From: Methanocaldococcus indicus
GTDB taxonomy: Archaea; AGJL01; Methanococci; Methanococcales; Methanocaldococcaceae
Length of the DNA: 64,000 bases
Assembly: GCF_049554935.1 (NCBI RefSeq)
Contig: NZ_CP186926.1
Coordinates: 736,001 to 800,000 of the forward strand
Direction of reading: 5' to 3'
Position numbers and translations under genes: made by a program. Within the stretch, counting starts at the first letter, position 1; every line of letters begins with the position of its first letter. Of the stretch, positions 59,972-64,000 are shown one piece after another. The notes under the pieces are model-generated. The model saw only the letters and a program-made list of their open reading frames with translations. It was not told the origin of the DNA and did no database searches.

Positions 59972-61960
59972 ATGTATGAAATAGCTTTAATAGGAAATCC
60001 TAATGTTGGTAAATCTACATTGTTTAATATTTTAACTGGTGAAAATGTATATATTGGGAATTGGCCAGGAGTTACAGTTGAAAAGAAGGAAGGATATTTT
60101 ACATACAATGGAGAAAAGTTTAAAGTAGTAGATTTGCCAGGTGTGTATAGTTTAACAGCCAACTCTATTGATGAGATAGTAGCAAGAGATTATATATTTT
60201 ATGAGAATCCTGATTTAGTTGTAAATATTGTAGATGCAACTGCATTAGAGAGAAATTTATACTTAACTCTACAACTTATGGAGATGGAGCCTAATTTATT
60301 AATTGCTTTAAATAAAGTTGATTTAGCTGAAAAGTTAGGGATAGATATTGATATTAAAAAGTTGGAAGAGTTGTTAGGAGTTAAAGTAGTTCCAATATCT
60401 GCTACAAAGAAAAAAGGAATTGATAAATTAAAAAAAGAGATTTATGAAGCTGTTAAAAATAAAAAGAAATCTAAAATTAAATATAAAAATTTAGAGCCAT
60501 ATATAAAAAAGATAACATCTATTTTAGAGAAGGACAAAAATTTAAAAAAATATAATTTAAGATACTTGGCAATAAAATTAATTGAAGGAGACAAATATAT
60601 TAATGAAATTGTAAAAAAAAGCAATGTGTGGGATGATATAAAAAAAGTGTTAGATGATATCAAAAAGAAATATGGAGATTTAGAGTATCTCTTAGTTGAA
60701 GAGAGATACAAAATAATAGATGAGATAGTCAATAAATCAGTTAAAAGAAAAGTTAAAAAAATAACTTTTTCACAGATGCTTGATGATGTCTTTACAGATG
60801 AAAAAGTAGGAATTTTGATGCTAATTCCTCTTTTATGGATGTTATTTAAATTTACATTTGATGTATCAGCACCTTTTTCAGATATAATTAATTATATTTT
60901 TTCATATTTATCTGAGTTAATAAAAACTACTCTCCCAAATGAATTTTTAGCTTCATTATTGGCAGATGGAATTATTTCAGGAGTTGGAACTGTTTTAGTA
61001 TTCTTTCCTATATTACTATTTTTGTTCTTTGCACTATCATTTTTAGAAGAAAGTGGATTTATGGCAAGAATTCCATTTATTGCTGATAGAATCATGAACA
61101 AATTTGGACTACCTGGAAAGGCAGTTATACCATTAGTTATGGGATTTGGTTGTAATGTTCCAGCAATATTAGCCACAAGAACTATTGAAGATAAGTATGA
61201 TAGAATAATAACAATAATTATAAATCCTTTAATGTCTTGTTCTGCAAGATTGCCAATATATGCACTCTTTGCAGGAGCTTTATTTACAGAATATCAGGGA
61301 ATTGTTATCTTATCTATGTATCTTTTAGGATTAATCTTAGCTTTAACTTTATCTTTATTGTTTAGAAAGTTTATATTTAAAACATCTCCATCTTACTTAA
61401 TCATAGAGCTTCCTCAGTATCAAATACCACATTTACATATTGTTTTAAAAAATACTTGGGAGAGGGTTTATGACTTCCTAAAAAAAGCTGGGACTATTAT
61501 TGTCTTTGGTGTAGTATTAGTTTGGTTCCTATCTGTATATGGACCTTCTGGATATTTAGGAGTAGATGCCTTAAAAAATCCAGATTTAATATCTAAATCT
61601 TATGTTGCATTAATTGGTAAAATTCTATCTCCTTTATTTTCTCCTATGGGTTGGGATTGGAGAGCTTGCTCTTCATTGATATTTGGATTCATAGCTAAGG
61701 AGTTAGTTGTTGGAAGTTTAGCAATTCTTTATGGAGTAGGTGAAGAAAAATTAACCTCTATTATTTCCCATGCATTTACTCCTGTATCTGCATTTGCCTT
61801 TATGGCATTTACTTTAATATATGTTCCATGTGTAGCAACACTAACAGCTATAAAACAAGAGCTTGGTTGGAAGTGGGTTATATTTACAGTTGTCTATGAA
61901 ATGATTTTGGCTTATATAGTTGCCTTATTAATATCAATAATTGGAAATATAATATTTTGA
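59972..61960 (+). CDS. feoB: Ferrous iron transport protein B
   Basis: [30 protein letters not shown] and PCVA motifs. Confidence 0.97.
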   Translation: MYEIALIGNPNVGKSTLFNILTGENVYIGNWPGVTVEKKEGYFTYNGEKFKVVDLPGVYSLTANSIDEIVARDYIFYENPDLVVNIVDATALERNLYLTLQLMEMEPNLLIALNKVDLAEKLGIDIDIKKLEELLGVKVVPISATKKKGIDKLKKEIYEAVKNKKKSKIKYKNLEPYIKKITSILEKDKNLKKYNLRYLAIKLIEGDKYINEIVKKSNVWDDIKKVLDDIKKKYGDLEYLLVEERYKIIDEIVNKSVKRKVKKITFSQMLDDVFTDEKVGILMLIPLLWMLFKFTFDVSAPFSDIINYIFSYLSELIKTTLPNEFLASLLADGIISGVGTVLVFFPILLFLFFALSFLEESGFMARIPFIADRIMNKFGLPGKAVIPLVMGFGCNVPAILATRTIEDKYDRIITIIINPLMSCSARLPIYALFAGALFTEYQGIVILSMYLLGLILALTLSLLFRKFIFKTSPSYLIIELPQYQIPHLHIVLKNTWERVYDFLKKAGTIIVFGVVLVWFLSVYGPSGYLGVDALKNPDLISKSYVALIGKILSPLFSPMGWDWRACSSLIFGFIAKELVVGSLAILYGVGEEKLTSIISHAFTPVSAFAFMAFTLIYVPCVATLTAIKQELGWKWVIFTVVYEMILAYIVALLISIIGNIIF

Positions 61961-61970
61961 GGGTCTATTT

Positions 61971-62372
61971 ATGGACATAAAACAGATAAAAAATAAATTA
62001 ATCACACTCTCTTTAATATTTGGATGCCTATCTATAATCTTAGGAAGTATTGAGGTTTTAGTTGGACTGTATAATATATTTTTTGGAAATATAAGAATTC
62101 CTTTATTTTGTGGGGATGTATTTGGAGGAATATCATTATTAGCTATTGGAATAGTTTATTTATTAGGATTTAAAAAAGCTAAGAATGAGGATATAAAAGC
62201 TCTTTCATATATTTTTACTGCTTCAATTATTGGATTAGGGATAGGAATAGTTTCTATTTTAGTATTATTAGCTCACTTAATAGTTATGGAATTTTATGGT
62301 ATAAACATATATATTGTATTTGGTATATTGTCAATAATTCCTTACAGAATTATTAAAAATTTTGTTGATTAA
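61971..62372 (+). CDS. Hypothetical membrane protein in the feo operon
   Basis: Four hydrophobic helices; GAGG RBS. Confidence 0.65.
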   Translation: MDIKQIKNKLITLSLIFGCLSIILGSIEVLVGLYNIFFGNIRIPLFCGDVFGGISLLAIGIVYLLGFKKAKNEDIKALSYIFTASIIGLGIGIVSILVLLAHLIVMEFYGINIYIVFGILSIIPYRIIKNFVD

Positions 62373-62392
62373 ATCTTTTTTTTGGTGGAAAT

Positions 62393-63250
62393 ATGATACT
62401 ATTAGATGAAAACACAAGGGCTATTGTTCAGGGAATAACTGGAAGACAGGGAAGTTTCCATACAAAGAAGATGTTAGAGGCAGGAACTAAAATTGTTGGT
62501 GGAGTTACTCCTGGAAAAGGTGGAAAAGAGGTTCATGGAGTTAAAGTGTATAATACAGTTAGAGAAGCTGTGAAAGAGACAGATGCAAATGCATCAGTTA
62601 TTTTTGTTCCTGCTCCTTTTGCAAAAGATGCAGTTTTTGAAGCTATGGAGTATTTAGATTTAGTTGTTGTAATAACTGAAGGAATTCCTATACATGACAG
62701 TATGGAATTTATAAACTATGCTGAAGAGTTAGGGGTTAATATTATTGGACCTAATACTCCTGGAATTGCTTCTCCAAAGGTTGGAAAGTTAGGAATTATA
62801 CCAATGGAAGTCTTAAAAGAGGGTAATATAGGAATAGTTTCAAGAAGTGGAACATTAACTTATGAGATAGCCAATCAACTAAAAAATAACAACTTAGGAG
62901 TATCAACATGTGTAGGAATTGGAGGAGACCCTATAATTGGTTTAGGATTTAAAGAGATTTTAAAGATGTTTAATGAAGATGAAGATACCAAAGCTATTGT
63001 AATGGTTGGAGAGATAGGGGGTAGTTTAGAAGAAGAGGCAGCAAAAATAATCAAAAATCTAAAAAAGCCAGTTGTAGGATTTATAGCAGGAAAATCTGCA
63101 CCAGAAGGAAAAAGAATGGGACATGCAGGGGCTATAATAGAAAGAGGAAAAGGGACAGCAGAAAGTAAAATAAAAGCTTTAAAAGAAGCAGGTGCTCATG
63201 TAGCAGAGAATATAACAGACATCCCAAAAATATTAATGGAAATACTTTGA
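62393..63250 (+). CDS. sucD: Succinyl-CoA synthetase alpha subunit
   Basis: [21 protein letters not shown] and RMGHAGA motifs. Confidence 0.96.
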   Translation: MILLDENTRAIVQGITGRQGSFHTKKMLEAGTKIVGGVTPGKGGKEVHGVKVYNTVREAVKETDANASVIFVPAPFAKDAVFEAMEYLDLVVVITEGIPIHDSMEFINYAEELGVNIIGPNTPGIASPKVGKLGIIPMEVLKEGNIGIVSRSGTLTYEIANQLKNNNLGVSTCVGIGGDPIIGLGFKEILKMFNEDEDTKAIVMVGEIGGSLEEEAAKIIKNLKKPVVGFIAGKSAPEGKRMGHAGAIIERGKGTAESKIKALKEAGAHVAENITDIPKILMEIL

Positions 63251-63778
63251 ATTAATTATATTTATTATTTGAATATATCTATCTTCTATTCTCTCCAATG
63301 TTGATAAATCATATCTATGTGTTTTTATTTCACCACCCAAATAATCAGGAGCTAATAAAATTCCTTCATTATCTATCTCTAATCCTAAATCTATAACCAC
63401 TTTTTTAATCATACTCCCTATTGGATTAACTTTAACATTTTTATATTTTAATTTATTCTTTATTATTTGTTCTCTTTTTTTAATATAATTTATAAAAGAA
63501 TTTATTTTCCTGTTATCTCCAATTTTTAATTTTTTTAATTCTTCAAGGGATGAAATTAAATCTTTAAAAGTAGAAGATTTTATTTCTATAATTTTAGCAT
63601 TAGGATTTAACTTTTTTACTTTTTCTCTATATCCTTTTGAAATAATTATTATATCACAATCAACTTTTTCATTGTAAGGATTAACAACCTTATAATTAGC
63701 TCCGATAGTTCTTAAAATATCTTCATACATCTTACTAACTCCAATTTTCATATAACTCCCCAATTGTATTACTTCCAA
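63233..63778 (-). CDS. Hypothetical protein
   Basis: Long ORF with host-like composition; start probably MKIGVSK. Confidence 0.6.
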   Translation of the reverse strand: MEVIQLGSYMKIGVSKMYEDILRTIGANYKVVNPYNEKVDCDIIIISKGYREKVKKLNPNAKIIEIKSSTFKDLISSLEELKKLKIGDNRKINSFINYIKKREQIIKNKLKYKNVKVNPIGSMIKKVVIDLGLEIDNEGILLAPDYLGGEIKTHRYDLSTLERIEDRYIQIINIINSKYFH

Positions 63779-63957
63779 CTAATATTTAACTATTTTATTA
63801 CTATTTTTTAATATTATCTAACTCAATCAATAATAAATTTTATTACAACTAAATATTATTTTAGCAATAATAAAAATCAGTTAAATTTATATATTAAATT
63901 AATTTTAATTTAGACATATCAAGTTTTGTTTAATTAATATATTTAATAGGTGATTGT

Positions 63958-64000
63958 ATGCATATAATGGAAGGATATCTTCCAATAATGTGGTGTGTAT
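63958..64000 (+). CDS. cbiM: Cobalt ECF transporter substrate component CbiM (5' fragment)
   Basis: MHIMEGYLP N-terminus following an AGGTGA RBS. Confidence 0.85.
   Translation, partial: MHIMEGYLPIMWCV

Overview
AT-rich window from a hyperthermophilic Methanococcales archaeon, most like Methanocaldococcus. The assignment is inferred from the triplicated ATP synthase c subunit, methanogenesis marker 14, PSTK, the Kae1-Bud32 fusion, GGTGA ribosome-binding sites and BRE/TATA promoters. Most of the window is housekeeping: the A1Ao ATP synthase operon (H-I-K-E-C-F-A, A running off the left edge), tRNA-Leu(UAA), pstk, tes, thrS, purL, rpl3-4-23-2-rps19, aIF5A, lysC-ferredoxin-nifB, cbiG, dtxR/feoAB, sucD and the start of cbiM. 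The accessory signals are: (1) an MJ-type ATPase gene bracketed by a perfect 17-bp direct repeat that duplicates the 3' end of the upstream gene, suggesting a transposase-free mobile cassette; (2) three chemoreceptors, one fused to a C-terminal rhodanese domain and one with a NarX-type P-box sensor, with the latter and the third sharing a 729-bp protein-identical block; (3) the pstk-ychF intergenic region, holding a promoter-preceded twin-hairpin RNA candidate and, on the other strand, a solitary CRISPR-repeat-like unit; (4) a 2-spacer CRISPR array with no cas genes in the window; (5) a pilin whose signal peptide is frameshifted at an A8 run; (6) an IS6 element with a 9-bp target duplication inserted in the Walker A motif of a DUF1998 helicase. 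All calls are from motif recognition by eye; no searches were run.
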